This document shows positions 10,944-22,501 of a DNA stretch of 42,368 nt, one piece after another (positions within the stretch are counted from its first letter, which is position 1; the number at the start of each line of letters is the position of its first letter). Source of the DNA: Armatimonadota bacterium (GTDB lineage: Bacteria; Armatimonadota; Fimbriimonadia; Fimbriimonadales; GBS-DC); the NCBI GenBank assembly GCA_037444405.1, contig JBBIML010000023.1, positions 1 through 42,368 on the forward strand, given 5' to 3'. The position numbers and the translations under genes are program-made. A model generated the notes under the pieces. The model made no database searches and was not told where the DNA came from. It saw only the letters and a program-made list of their open reading frames with translations.

Positions 10944-11038
10944 CAGAACGGAAGCTTCCGCGAACATGCACCGCCCTGAAGCGTCTATGCAGGTAAGTGG
11001 CGCGGGTACACTGAAGGGCGAACAGGGAAGGCAAGGCT

Positions 11039-12769
11039 ATGAAAAGGCGTGTTCTTATCGGTATCGGTATTGTGGCGATCCTGCTGATCGGGCTATGGTG
11101 GTGGCGCGTGCGCGGGCAGTCGGCAGCCTCTGATCAGCCCCAGTATCGCACGGCGGAGGTGGCGCGCACCACCGTCGTGCGCTCTATCACCGCTACAGGC
11201 ACTCTGCGAACCTACAATATCGTGGATGTCAAGTCCAAAGCGGGCGGCATCGTCAGCAAGCTCTATGTGGATGTGGGCGATGTGGTCAGGCGGGGTCAGC
11301 TGCTGGCACGGATCGACCCTGCCGACACGCTGGCTGCCTACAATCAGGCGAAAGCCGATCTGGAGGCGGCGAACGCCCGCATCGAGCAGGCGCAGGAGAG
11401 CCTGCAGCTCCAGCGCGAGCAGAGCCAGCTGGCACTTCAGCAGGCGGAGGCGAACTTGCGCGCCGCTAAAGCCCGCCTGCAACAAGCCGAAGAGCGGGCA
11501 AAAGCGCAACCGGTCATCACCGAAGCGCAACTGCAAGCCGCGCGCACCGCGCTGGAGACCGCCCGCAAAGCGCTGGAACAGCTGGAACAGGTTACCATCC
11601 CGCAGGAGCGCGCCGAAGCGCAGGCGAACTATAACGCTGCCCGTCAAGCGCTTGAAGCTGCCCAGCGCAACCACAACCGCCTGAAGGAACTCCTGCAAAA
11701 GGGTTATGTCTCCCAGCAGCAGGTGGATAACGCCGCCAGCCAGTTAGAGAGCGCGCGCAGCCAGTTCATCGCTGCGGAGAAACGCCTGCAAACGCTGGAG
11801 GCAGACATAGAGGCGCGGCTGGCAAGCGCGCGCGCCCGCGTGCAGGAAGCCGAAGCGAACCTGCGCTCCGCCGAAGCGAACCGCAATCAGGTCATTCTGA
11901 CACAGCAGGCATTAGAGGAGGCGCGCGCCCAGTATAAGCAGGCGGAAACCGCCCTCGAGCAAGCCCGCTCCAACCTGCGCCAGATTCGATTGCGCGAAGC
12001 CGATATCGCCGCCGCGAAAGCCCAGCGCGCCCGCGCCGAAGCCCAGCTCTACAACGCCCAGGTGCAGCTCGACAGCACCACCATCGTCGCCCCGCGCGAC
12101 GGCGTGGTCATCGCTCGCAATGTGGAAGAAGGCACCATCGTGCCACCCGGCACCTCGCTCTACTCGCAGGGCACCACCCTCCTGCAGATTGCCGACACCT
12201 CCCGCATGTATGTGGAGGTCTCCGTCGATGAAGCCGACATCGGCATGGTGCGCGTGGGTCAGCCTGTGCTGATCCGTATTGACGCCTTCCCTGAAACCAC
12301 CTTTCGTGGGCGCGTGAGCCGCATCGACCCGCAAGCTGTGCTGGAGCAGAATGTGACGGTAGTCAAGGTGCGTGTGGAGGTTCTCAAGCCCGACCCGCGC
12401 CTCAAGCCCGGCTTGAACGCCACCTGCGAGTTCCTGGTGGCACGCAAGCCGAATGTGTTAGCGGTGCCGAACGAAGCGGTGCAGGAATCGCCCGAAGGCA
12501 CCTATGTGGAGGTGCTGGTGCGCGGTCAGCCCCAGCGCCGTCCCGTGAAGGTGGGCATTCAGGGCAACGAGCTGACCGAGATTATCGAGGGTCTTCAGGA
12601 AGGCGAGACGGTGGTCGCAGGGCGTATCTACCCGCAGCTGGGCAATCAGGCAGGCTCGCCGTTCGGCAGCCCGTTCGGACCGCGCCGCTCCCAGCAGCAG
12701 CGCCCCGGCGGTGGTCAATCAGGCGGCGCCCAGCGGTTCAATCGCCCTGGCGCAGGCACAGGACGCTGA
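11039..12769 (+). CDS. Efflux periplasmic adaptor (MacA/HlyD-like) with very long coiled coil
   Basis: N-terminal TM; lipoyl halves (VDVGDVVRRGQLL; IVAPRDGVV); VDEADIG beta-barrel; Gly/Gln-rich tail. Confidence 0.88.
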   Translation: MKRRVLIGIGIVAILLIGLWWWRVRGQSAASDQPQYRTAEVARTTVVRSITATGTLRTYNIVDVKSKAGGIVSKLYVDVGDVVRRGQLLARIDPADTLAAYNQAKADLEAANARIEQAQESLQLQREQSQLALQQAEANLRAAKARLQQAEERAKAQPVITEAQLQAARTALETARKALEQLEQVTIPQERAEAQANYNAARQALEAAQRNHNRLKELLQKGYVSQQQVDNAASQLESARSQFIAAEKRLQTLEADIEARLASARARVQEAEANLRSAEANRNQVILTQQALEEARAQYKQAETALEQARSNLRQIRLREADIAAAKAQRARAEAQLYNAQVQLDSTTIVAPRDGVVIARNVEEGTIVPPGTSLYSQGTTLLQIADTSRMYVEVSVDEADIGMVRVGQPVLIRIDAFPETTFRGRVSRIDPQAVLEQNVTVVKVRVEVLKPDPRLKPGLNATCEFLVARKPNVLAVPNEAVQESPEGTYVEVLVRGQPQRRPVKVGIQGNELTEIIEGLQEGETVVAGRIYPQLGNQAGSPFGSPFGPRRSQQQRPGGGQSGGAQRFNRPGAGTGR

Positions 12770-12808
12770 GATTCGCGACGCACGGGCAATCGGGGTATTA
12801 TCGGAGGC

Positions 12809-13792
12809 ATGTCGGAGCTGCGCTGGCATCCGCTGCGACAGGAGTGGGTCATCACGGCGACCCATCGGCAGGAGCGCACCTTTCATCCGCCGCCTGAGTA
12901 CTGCCCACTGTGCCCCACGCGCACGGGCGAGCTGCCCACCGAAGTGCCTGAACCCGATTATGAGATCGTGGTGTTCGAGAACCGCTTCCCCTCACTGCTG
13001 CGCGAGCCGCCCGAACCCGCAGTCGCGCCCGTGCCCTTCTCGCCCGTGCGTCCCTCCGAAGGCGTGTGCGAGGTCGTCCTCTACACGCCCGACCATAACG
13101 CCACGCTGACCGACCTGCCCGTACAGCGCATCGAGCAGTTGATCGCCGTCTGGTGCGACCGCTACGAATCGCTGAGCCAGCGCCCCGAAGTGCAGTATGT
13201 GTTCATCTTCGAAAATAAGGGGCGCGAAATCGGGGTAACGCTGAGCCACCCGCACGGGCAAATCTATGCCTATCCCTTCATCCCACCTGTGATCGAACGC
13301 GAGCTGGACGCCCAGCAATCCCATTACGAGCGGACAGGCAACTGCCTGCTGTGCGAAATGCTGGCTTACGAGCGGGCAAGCGGCGAGCGACTGGTCGACG
13401 AAAACGCCGACTGGCTGGCGCTGGTGCCCTTCTTCGCGCGTTATCCGTACGAGGTGTGGCTGCTGCCGAAAGCGCATCGGCGCGACCTTTCTGATCTCCC
13501 GGCGGGTGAACGGGCGACGCTGGCGCAGATTCTCAAGCGCGTGCTGTTGCGCTATGACCATCTGTGGGGATTCTCGATGCCGTATATCATGGCACAGCAC
13601 CCGCGCCCCAGCGACGGCAAACCCCATCCCGAATGGCACTTCCATATCGAGTTCTATCCGCCCTACCGCACGCCCGATAAGCTCAAATATCTGGCAGGCT
13701 CCGAATCGGGTGCGGGCGTGTTCATCAACGACACCCTGCCCGAACAGACCGCCGCCGAACTGCGAGCGGTGGCAATCCCGTTAGATGGGTAA
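12809..13792 (+). CDS. galT: Galactose-1-phosphate uridylyltransferase
   Basis: CPLCP, FENRFPSL, FENKG, HPHGQ catalytic motif. Confidence 0.93.
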   Translation: MSELRWHPLRQEWVITATHRQERTFHPPPEYCPLCPTRTGELPTEVPEPDYEIVVFENRFPSLLREPPEPAVAPVPFSPVRPSEGVCEVVLYTPDHNATLTDLPVQRIEQLIAVWCDRYESLSQRPEVQYVFIFENKGREIGVTLSHPHGQIYAYPFIPPVIERELDAQQSHYERTGNCLLCEMLAYERASGERLVDENADWLALVPFFARYPYEVWLLPKAHRRDLSDLPAGERATLAQILKRVLLRYDHLWGFSMPYIMAQHPRPSDGKPHPEWHFHIEFYPPYRTPDKLKYLAGSESGAGVFINDTLPEQTAAELRAVAIPLDG

Positions 13793-13802
13793 AATCTGAG
13801 CG

Positions 13803-15209
13803 ATGTTCTTTCGACAGATTTATGAGGACGGTCTGGCGCAGGCGTCCTACCTGTTCGGCTGCCCGATGACGGGCGAGGCGATGGTGATCGACCCTCGCCG
13901 CGACATCGATGTCTATCTGGAGCTGGCGGAACAGCACGGGCTGCGCATCGTGGCGGTCGGCGAGACGCATATCCACGCCGACTATCTTTCGGGCGCGCGC
14001 GAGTTAGCCCATGCGACGGGCGCGACGCTCTATCTCTCCGACGAAGGCGACGAGGAGTGGAAATACAGGGGTCTGGACGGCTTTCGCGTGCGCTGGCTTA
14101 AGCACGGCGACGAGTGGCTCATCGGCACGGTGAAGGTGAAGGCGGTTCATACGCCCGGGCACACGCCCGAACATATCACCTTTTTGCTCTATGAGGAGGC
14201 GTCGGCGTCGGAGCCGGTGATTGCGCTCACGGGCGACTTCGTATTCGTGGGCGATGTGGGTCGTCCCGATTTGCTGGAGGAGGCGGTCGGCTTGCGTGGC
14301 ACGGCGGAGCGTGGGGCGCGTCAGCAGCTCTGGAGCCTGCGCGAGCGGTTGCTGACCCTGCCCGACTATCTGCAGCTCTGGCCAGGGCATGGCGCGGGTT
14401 CCGCCTGCGGTAAGTCGCTGGGCGCCCTGCCCGCCACCACGCTGGGCTACGAGCGCCGTCACGCATGGTGGGCGCAATCGCTGAGCGACGAGTCGCGCTT
14501 TGTGCAGCAGCTGTTGCACGATCAGCCCGAAGTGCCGCCCTACTTTGCCCGCATGAAGCGTCTCAATCGCGACGGTGCCCCGATCCTGGGCAGGCTGCCC
14601 CAGCCCCCTCTGCTGGACCCCAACGCCTTTCAGAGGGCGGTTGAGCAGGGCGCAATGCTGATCGACACGCGCCCACCACTGGAGTTCGCCCGCGGGCATA
14701 TTCCGGGCGCGCTCAATATCCCTTTCAGCCCGCGCTTTGCCTACTGGGCAGGCTGGCTGCTGCCTGACAATCGCCCGCTTCTCTTCGTGACACCTCCAGA
14801 GAACCTCGACGCGCTCGTGCGCCACCTGATCCGCGTGGGGCTGGACAATCTTGCAGGCTACATCCCGCGTGTGGAGGGATATGCGCCTGCTGGATTGCAA
14901 ACTGTGCCGCTGCTGAACGCGGATGAGGCATACGCGCGGTGGCGGCAGGGCGCGCAGGTGCTGGATGTGCGCAGTCGCGCCGAGTATCAGCAGGCGCATA
15001 TCCCGAACGCGCAAAATCTCTTTGTTGGCTACCTGCCCCAGCAACTAAAGCGTGTGCCGCGCGATGCGCCCGTGATTGTGCAGTGCCGCACAGGTGAACG
15101 CTCCAGTATCGCCAGCAGCATCCTGCTAACGCACGGCTACACGAACATCTTCAACCTCGTCGACGGAATCGTTGGCTGGCAGGAACGGGGCTACCCGCTG
15201 GAGCGATAG
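13803..15209 (+). CDS. MBL-fold persulfide dioxygenase-like protein fused to two rhodanese domains (CstB-like)
   Basis: THIHADY, HTPGHTPEH, GDVGRPDL, PGHGAGSACG; C-terminal rhodanese CRTGERS. Confidence 0.85.
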   Translation: MFFRQIYEDGLAQASYLFGCPMTGEAMVIDPRRDIDVYLELAEQHGLRIVAVGETHIHADYLSGARELAHATGATLYLSDEGDEEWKYRGLDGFRVRWLKHGDEWLIGTVKVKAVHTPGHTPEHITFLLYEEASASEPVIALTGDFVFVGDVGRPDLLEEAVGLRGTAERGARQQLWSLRERLLTLPDYLQLWPGHGAGSACGKSLGALPATTLGYERRHAWWAQSLSDESRFVQQLLHDQPEVPPYFARMKRLNRDGAPILGRLPQPPLLDPNAFQRAVEQGAMLIDTRPPLEFARGHIPGALNIPFSPRFAYWAGWLLPDNRPLLFVTPPENLDALVRHLIRVGLDNLAGYIPRVEGYAPAGLQTVPLLNADEAYARWRQGAQVLDVRSRAEYQQAHIPNAQNLFVGYLPQQLKRVPRDAPVIVQCRTGERSSIASSILLTHGYTNIFNLVDGIVGWQERGYPLER

Positions 15210-15230
15210 GCTCCCTGTCATGGGGGGAGC

Positions 15231-15237
<7 letters not shown>
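15203..15237. terminator. Bidirectional hairpin between convergent MBL gene and clpB
   Basis: 13-bp perfect stem GCGATAGGCTCCC/GGGAGCCTATCGC containing both TAG stop codons. Confidence 0.7.
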
Positions 15238-17846
<2,609 letters not shown>

Positions 17847-17947
17847 AGCCGTCCCTCCGACTTTAGTCTCTCGTTGTCAAGTCTCTTGATATCCTCTATA
17901 TTATACCCTATCGCTGTGGCGGGAGTTCCCGCTTCCCATAATAATGG

Positions 17948-17980
17948 GCGCGCCCCTGCTTTTTTTGAACAGGGGCGCAC
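17948..17980 (-). terminator. Hairpin downstream of PEP-CTERM gene
   Basis: GCGCCCCTG/CAGGGGCGC inverted repeat about 25 nt past the stop codon. Confidence 0.6.
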
Positions 17981-18005
17981 TATCGGGGAATGAGAGAGGG
18001 AAGCT

Positions 18006-19046
18006 TCAGCGCTTCCGATAGCGCCGCCTTAACAGCCCAACCAGCCCTACGCTCAGGACCAGCAGACTAGCTGGCTCTGGCACCACTTCGAACTGCTGCT
18101 CCAGTACCGCGGCGGTAACTGTGCTGGAACCCAGCACATAGTCGTTCCGATACCAGGCATCATGTTTGAAGTATGCCTGCACCCGCACCGTCACGATGGT
18201 TCCGATCGGATAGGGGCTGAGGTCAAGGACATAAGCAGCCCCCGACGGACCGAGCGCATAGGTGGTTGTGCTGTCAAAAGCGTTCCATGTGACGGAGGAA
18301 GGGCTGGAAGTTTGCACCACAATCCCGTCGATTAGCAGATCGCCCCACAGAAAAACAGCATCTCTGTGAGGGGATGGGAGCGTGTCATACACATAGCTAT
18401 CCAGCCCTACCACACGCGGGTTGTTATAGATGCGATCGCGGAAGGCGCTGGTGGAACCCGTTGTCCAGTTAATCGTGATGGTGGGATTCATGCCCTTGTC
18501 GATCTGGATGCCATTACTGGGGTCGCTATCGAAGTCATAAGAGTTGAGGTTGGTGTTCGGGGTGGGTGACCCCAGCAAAGAGGGCATAGGCGCGTTCGCC
18601 ACATAGAGGCTCAGCTCGGCGCGGCGTGTCTGATAGGAAAAATATTGTTCGTTCCACAGTCGTCCGCGGAAGATGTCGTTGCCGCTCCAGGTGTCGCCCA
18701 CCTTCGCGCCCACCTGCTGGGGACCTGACTTATAGATATTTAGCAACCAGTACTCGGATCGGTCGCCTCCGTTGCCTTCCCAGCCAGTCCAATAGGTGGA
18801 AACGCGACCGTAGGCATCGCCGCCATCGACCACCCAGATGGGCGTCAATCGTGCATGGCGTGCGGTTCGGGGTGGTACGCGCTGGTCACCGCGCAGCCGG
18901 ATGTGCTGGGTTGGACCTGCGCCATTCGGCAGGCTCCAGCCCGAATCCTGCTGCGCGACCGTGCCCTGCACTCGTTGAGCATAGCCGATCAGCATCACCG
19001 TTAACCACAGGCTAACGATTAGCCCGATCCTGTTGCACCCTCTCAT
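18006..19046 (-). CDS. Secreted PEP-CTERM sorting-domain protein with uncharacterised ectodomain
   Basis: Signal peptide; C-terminal VPEPASLLVLSVGLVGLLRRRYRKR; GAGGTG RBS. Confidence 0.9.
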   Translation of the reverse strand: MRGCNRIGLIVSLWLTVMLIGYAQRVQGTVAQQDSGWSLPNGAGPTQHIRLRGDQRVPPRTARHARLTPIWVVDGGDAYGRVSTYWTGWEGNGGDRSEYWLLNIYKSGPQQVGAKVGDTWSGNDIFRGRLWNEQYFSYQTRRAELSLYVANAPMPSLLGSPTPNTNLNSYDFDSDPSNGIQIDKGMNPTITINWTTGSTSAFRDRIYNNPRVVGLDSYVYDTLPSPHRDAVFLWGDLLIDGIVVQTSSPSSVTWNAFDSTTTYALGPSGAAYVLDLSPYPIGTIVTVRVQAYFKHDAWYRNDYVLGSSTVTAAVLEQQFEVVPEPASLLVLSVGLVGLLRRRYRKR

Positions 19047-19352
19047 CTGCTATCACCTCGTCGCGCTGGTCTGATGGATGACCTGACAGGGTTACCAACA
19101 GGTTGCTTCGTCTCCTCTTCCAACCAATCCACTCTGAAGGAGGTACGCGCCTGCGTTCCACCCTTAAAAAGACTCAGCGGACGCCCAAAAGCGGACAGCT
19201 TTCTGACCGAAAGGTCGGCAAATTCCGTGATTTTGTCAGGGACATCTCGAAGCGAGCAGGGTAGCAGCGCCTTTTTCGCCAGGAGGTGTTTCCACCCATA
19301 GAGGCAGGATTGTTTGTCGAGGAGCCGAAGTGTAGACATGGGAGGTTCTGGC

Positions 19353-20480
19353 ATGCGCATTATCGGAATGGAGTTGCGGTTGCTGGAGTATCCGCTGCCG
19401 ACGCCGTTTTATCCGTCGTGGTTGCCGGGCTATCCGCAGACGGCGCATCGGGTTCATCTGCTGACGCTGGAGACAGATGAGGGCATTCGGGGCTATGCGG
19501 CGGGCGTCGCTTTCAGCCGTGAGGGGGAGGGTCTTCAACAGCTGCTGCTCCCATTTCTGTTCGGGCGCGACCCGTTTCAGGTGGAGCAGGTGGTGCAGAT
19601 TTGCCGCTCGGCGACCTTTCTGGGGCTGCGCCTCTGGTGGATCGAGATGGCGTTCTGGGACATTATTGGCAAGGCGGTGGGACAGCCTGTGTATCGCCTG
19701 CTGGGCGGCTTTCAGGAGCGCGTGCGTGCCTACGCCAGCACGGGCGAGCTGAAGGGGGTCTCTGAGCGGCTGGACTATATCGCCCAGATTCGCGAGATGG
19801 GCTTCCGTGCGGTCAAGCTGCGCTTCCACAGCATGGACTGGCGTGAGGATATGGCGGTCGCCCGCAAGGTGCGCGAGCAGTACCCCGATATGGCGATTAT
19901 GGTGGACGCCAACATGGGCTGGCGCGTGGCGGGGATGGGTGAGGCGCCTCACTGGGACCTCGCAACTGCCCTGCGCGTGGCAGAAGAGCTTGCCGAAATT
20001 GGTGTCGTCTGGCTGGAGGAGCCGCTGGACAAGCATGACTACGAGGGCTATCGCCGCCTGCGCGAGAAGTCGCCTGTCGCCCTCGCCGCTGGCGAGATGA
20101 ACCAGGACCTGCACGAGTTCCGCGAGTTTCTGGTGCGCGACGCGCTCGATGTGCTTCAGCCCGATGTGTCGCTGTCGGGCGGCATCCTGACGGGCAAAAA
20201 GGTTGCGTCGATGGCGGAAGCGTTTGGCAAGCGCATCGCGCCGCACACATGGACGAACGGGCTGGGACTGGCAGCCAATCTTCAGCTGATGGGCGCGTGC
20301 CCCAACTGCGAATGGGCGGAGTTCCCTTACGAACCGCCCGGCTGGGACCTCAGCGCCCGCGACTACTTCCTGACCGAACCTATCACCGTCGATCCCGACG
20401 GCTTCATCACCATCCCGAACAAGCCCGGTCTGGGCGTGGAGATCGACGAGGATGCGGTCAAACAGTATCAGGTAAGGTAG
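19353..20480 (+). CDS. Mandelate racemase/muconate lactonizing enzyme (enolase superfamily) protein
   Basis: WDIIGKAVGQPVYRLLGG, KLR, MVDAN, WLEEP, AGE, QPD, PH; GGAGG RBS. Confidence 0.9.
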   Translation: MRIIGMELRLLEYPLPTPFYPSWLPGYPQTAHRVHLLTLETDEGIRGYAAGVAFSREGEGLQQLLLPFLFGRDPFQVEQVVQICRSATFLGLRLWWIEMAFWDIIGKAVGQPVYRLLGGFQERVRAYASTGELKGVSERLDYIAQIREMGFRAVKLRFHSMDWREDMAVARKVREQYPDMAIMVDANMGWRVAGMGEAPHWDLATALRVAEELAEIGVVWLEEPLDKHDYEGYRRLREKSPVALAAGEMNQDLHEFREFLVRDALDVLQPDVSLSGGILTGKKVASMAEAFGKRIAPHTWTNGLGLAANLQLMGACPNCEWAEFPYEPPGWDLSARDYFLTEPITVDPDGFITIPNKPGLGVEIDEDAVKQYQVR

Positions 20481-20499
20481 GGAACGCATGGAGGCGAGT

Positions 20500-20690
20500 G
20501 TGTCTGCAGGAGGTGTGGGCATATCGTTTCTACGGGCAGGGTTCCTACGCCGAAGCCATGCGGTTCCGCCTGAAGCGGTGGGGCACGCTGATGCTGGTTT
20601 ATCTGGTAATGCTTCCGAACCTGTTGCTCTGCTTCCTGCTGGGATTGTACTGCGGTCGGCTCGGGGTGTTTGAAACGCCCCATCAGTATA
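20500..20690 (+). pseudogene. Internal fragment resembling a DUF418/YeiB membrane protein
   Basis: Reads YGQGSYAEAMRFRL...LLCFLLGLYCGRLGVFETP; lacks the N- and C-terminal parts of the family. Confidence 0.5.
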
Positions 20691-20721
20691 GCCGGAAGAC
20701 TGGGTGGGGAGCGAGTAGGAT

Positions 20722-20757
20722 GGGGATGCCGAGCCGTTGCTGGGCGTCAGCATCCCC
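20722..20757 (-). terminator. Hairpin downstream of dockerin-like gene
   Basis: Minus-strand GGGGAUGCUGA/UCGGCAUCCCC stem (one G-U pair) just after the stop codon. Confidence 0.55.
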
Positions 20758-20765
20758 CCGTCTGA

Positions 20766-22469
20766 TCAGCATCCTCTGCCGAAGTTGAACAGCACAATCA
20801 GCAGGTCGGCATCGTCCACTGTGCCGTCGCCGTTCACATCTTCAGGCAGCTCGCTGCCCGTTTGCCCGAAGGCGAACAGCACCGCCAGCAGGTCGGCATC
20901 GTCCACGCAGCCGTCGCCGTTCACATCGCCCTGCCGAATGAGCTCCACCCACTGCGAGCGGGTGAACTGATAGAGCAGGCGCGGGTCGGGCGGTTCATAG
21001 TCGATGCCGCTGGTCGCCCGATAGTCGATGGAGCGCACCTGCGCGTTGATGCGCGTGAAGCTGGTCTCCTGGCAGAGCGCGTAGAACTCGCCGTTGAGCC
21101 AGTTGCCGCTGTCGCCTCCGAACGGGGTCGCCACCAGATTGAAGGTTCGCCCGCAGAGCGGCTCGATGAAGTAGGGCTGGCGCGTCAGCTGCGCCGTTAG
21201 CTTGCCCCAGATGCGCTTGATCTTCACCTGAACGCCCTCCACCGTGATGCACAGGTCGGGGTAGATATCGATCGACCACTCCACTTTGTCGGCATCGATA
21301 GCGCGTCCCGCGAGCGTGATGCTGATGTTGTAGGGCAAGCCGAAGTCCTGCAGGTTGAGCGTGATGTCGAGCGTGCCGGGCTGTTTGGGTATGCACACGG
21401 GCGGCGCGTCCTCATCGGAGACGGAACCTCCACCGCTGATGGCGCCCGAATAGCTGTAGTTCAGTCCGCGCAGGTCGAAATAGAGGCGATCTGCCAGTCG
21501 CAGGTCTTCTACGGGCGGGCGCGGCGCAGGCGCAATCGGCTGATTGTTTTGGTCAAACGGCAGGTGGCGCAGCGTTGCGTTCAGGTCGAAGCTGATAATG
21601 GAGCCGAGCGGCAAGCCTGTGAGCGGGATCGTCCAGTCGCCGCCATACACAGGCACACCCATGTCAACTGTACCGTCCAGCGGCGCCCACTCCAGCAGAT
21701 GCGAGGCGTCGCCATTGTAGGAGGTGGGATTGCCATTAATGCGGGTACTGAACGACGCCGCGAACTGCACCTGGTCGCGGAACGGCGACGGTCGGCTCTC
21801 CGTTTCGTACTGATCGAGCCACACCACTCGCTTCAGTCCCTGCACCCATGCGCGGCGCACCTGATAGCTGCCGAAACGCACCTGCATAAAGAGCGCGGGT
21901 GTCTGGTCGGGGTCGATCTGGATGCCGGGTCGGTTCGGGAGCAGGTCCAGCCCGCTCAGGTCGGTCCAGGTGGGCGCGTCGACATTTAGCAAGACGGGCG
22001 TGGGCGCGTTCGCGGCGTAAACGCTCACCACCACGCTACGCGGCTGCCAGCTGAAATACTGCTCGTTCCACATGCGGATGCGGAACAGGTCATTACTGCT
22101 CCAGGTTTGCCCGACGCGCGCGGCTTCGTAGCGAGGCGGGGCTTTGTAGCCGTCGCGAATCCAGTATTCGGTTCGGTCCGTGCCGTTGCCTTCCCAGCCG
22201 CTCCAGAGGACGGCAACTCGCCCGAACGGGTCGCCGCCGTCGATCACGCGGATGTTGCGGATATAGGCGTGGCGGGCGGTGCGGGGCGGCACATCCTGCT
22301 GACCGCGCAGCTGACCCCACTGGAAGGAGTTCAACCCCACGCCTATCAGCGCATCGAAGCGGGTGCCGCTGTCGGTGCGCACATCCCAGCCCTCCAGCCG
22401 CTGCCCGAAGGCGACGCTCAGGAGCGTCGCTGCCATCCATGCACTGCTCACTCTCATCTGCCAGCACAT
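20766..22469 (-). CDS. Secreted protein with C-terminal dockerin-like double EF-hand module; paralogue of the PEP-CTERM protein
   Basis: Signal-like N-terminus; tandem DVNGDGxVDDADLLxVLFxFG; GGAGGT RBS before ATG 22469. Confidence 0.85.
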   Translation of the reverse strand: MCWQMRVSSAWMAATLLSVAFGQRLEGWDVRTDSGTRFDALIGVGLNSFQWGQLRGQQDVPPRTARHAYIRNIRVIDGGDPFGRVAVLWSGWEGNGTDRTEYWIRDGYKAPPRYEAARVGQTWSSNDLFRIRMWNEQYFSWQPRSVVVSVYAANAPTPVLLNVDAPTWTDLSGLDLLPNRPGIQIDPDQTPALFMQVRFGSYQVRRAWVQGLKRVVWLDQYETESRPSPFRDQVQFAASFSTRINGNPTSYNGDASHLLEWAPLDGTVDMGVPVYGGDWTIPLTGLPLGSIISFDLNATLRHLPFDQNNQPIAPAPRPPVEDLRLADRLYFDLRGLNYSYSGAISGGGSVSDEDAPPVCIPKQPGTLDITLNLQDFGLPYNISITLAGRAIDADKVEWSIDIYPDLCITVEGVQVKIKRIWGKLTAQLTRQPYFIEPLCGRTFNLVATPFGGDSGNWLNGEFYALCQETSFTRINAQVRSIDYRATSGIDYEPPDPRLLYQFTRSQWVELIRQGDVNGDGCVDDADLLAVLFAFGQTGSELPEDVNGDGTVDDADLLIVLFNFGRGC

Positions 22470-22501
22470 AAGAGCCACCTCCATATGGATTATAACCCAT
22501 C

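Noticed and set aside
17860..17890. CIRCE element upstream of clpB
   Set aside because: Only a partial half-site resemblance (TTAGTCTC); no TTAGCACTC-N9-GAGTGCTAA
19160..19235. Possible c-di-GMP or c-di-AMP riboswitch (GAAA-tetraloop hairpin)
   Set aside because: The other conserved elements of these riboswitch classes are not recognisable
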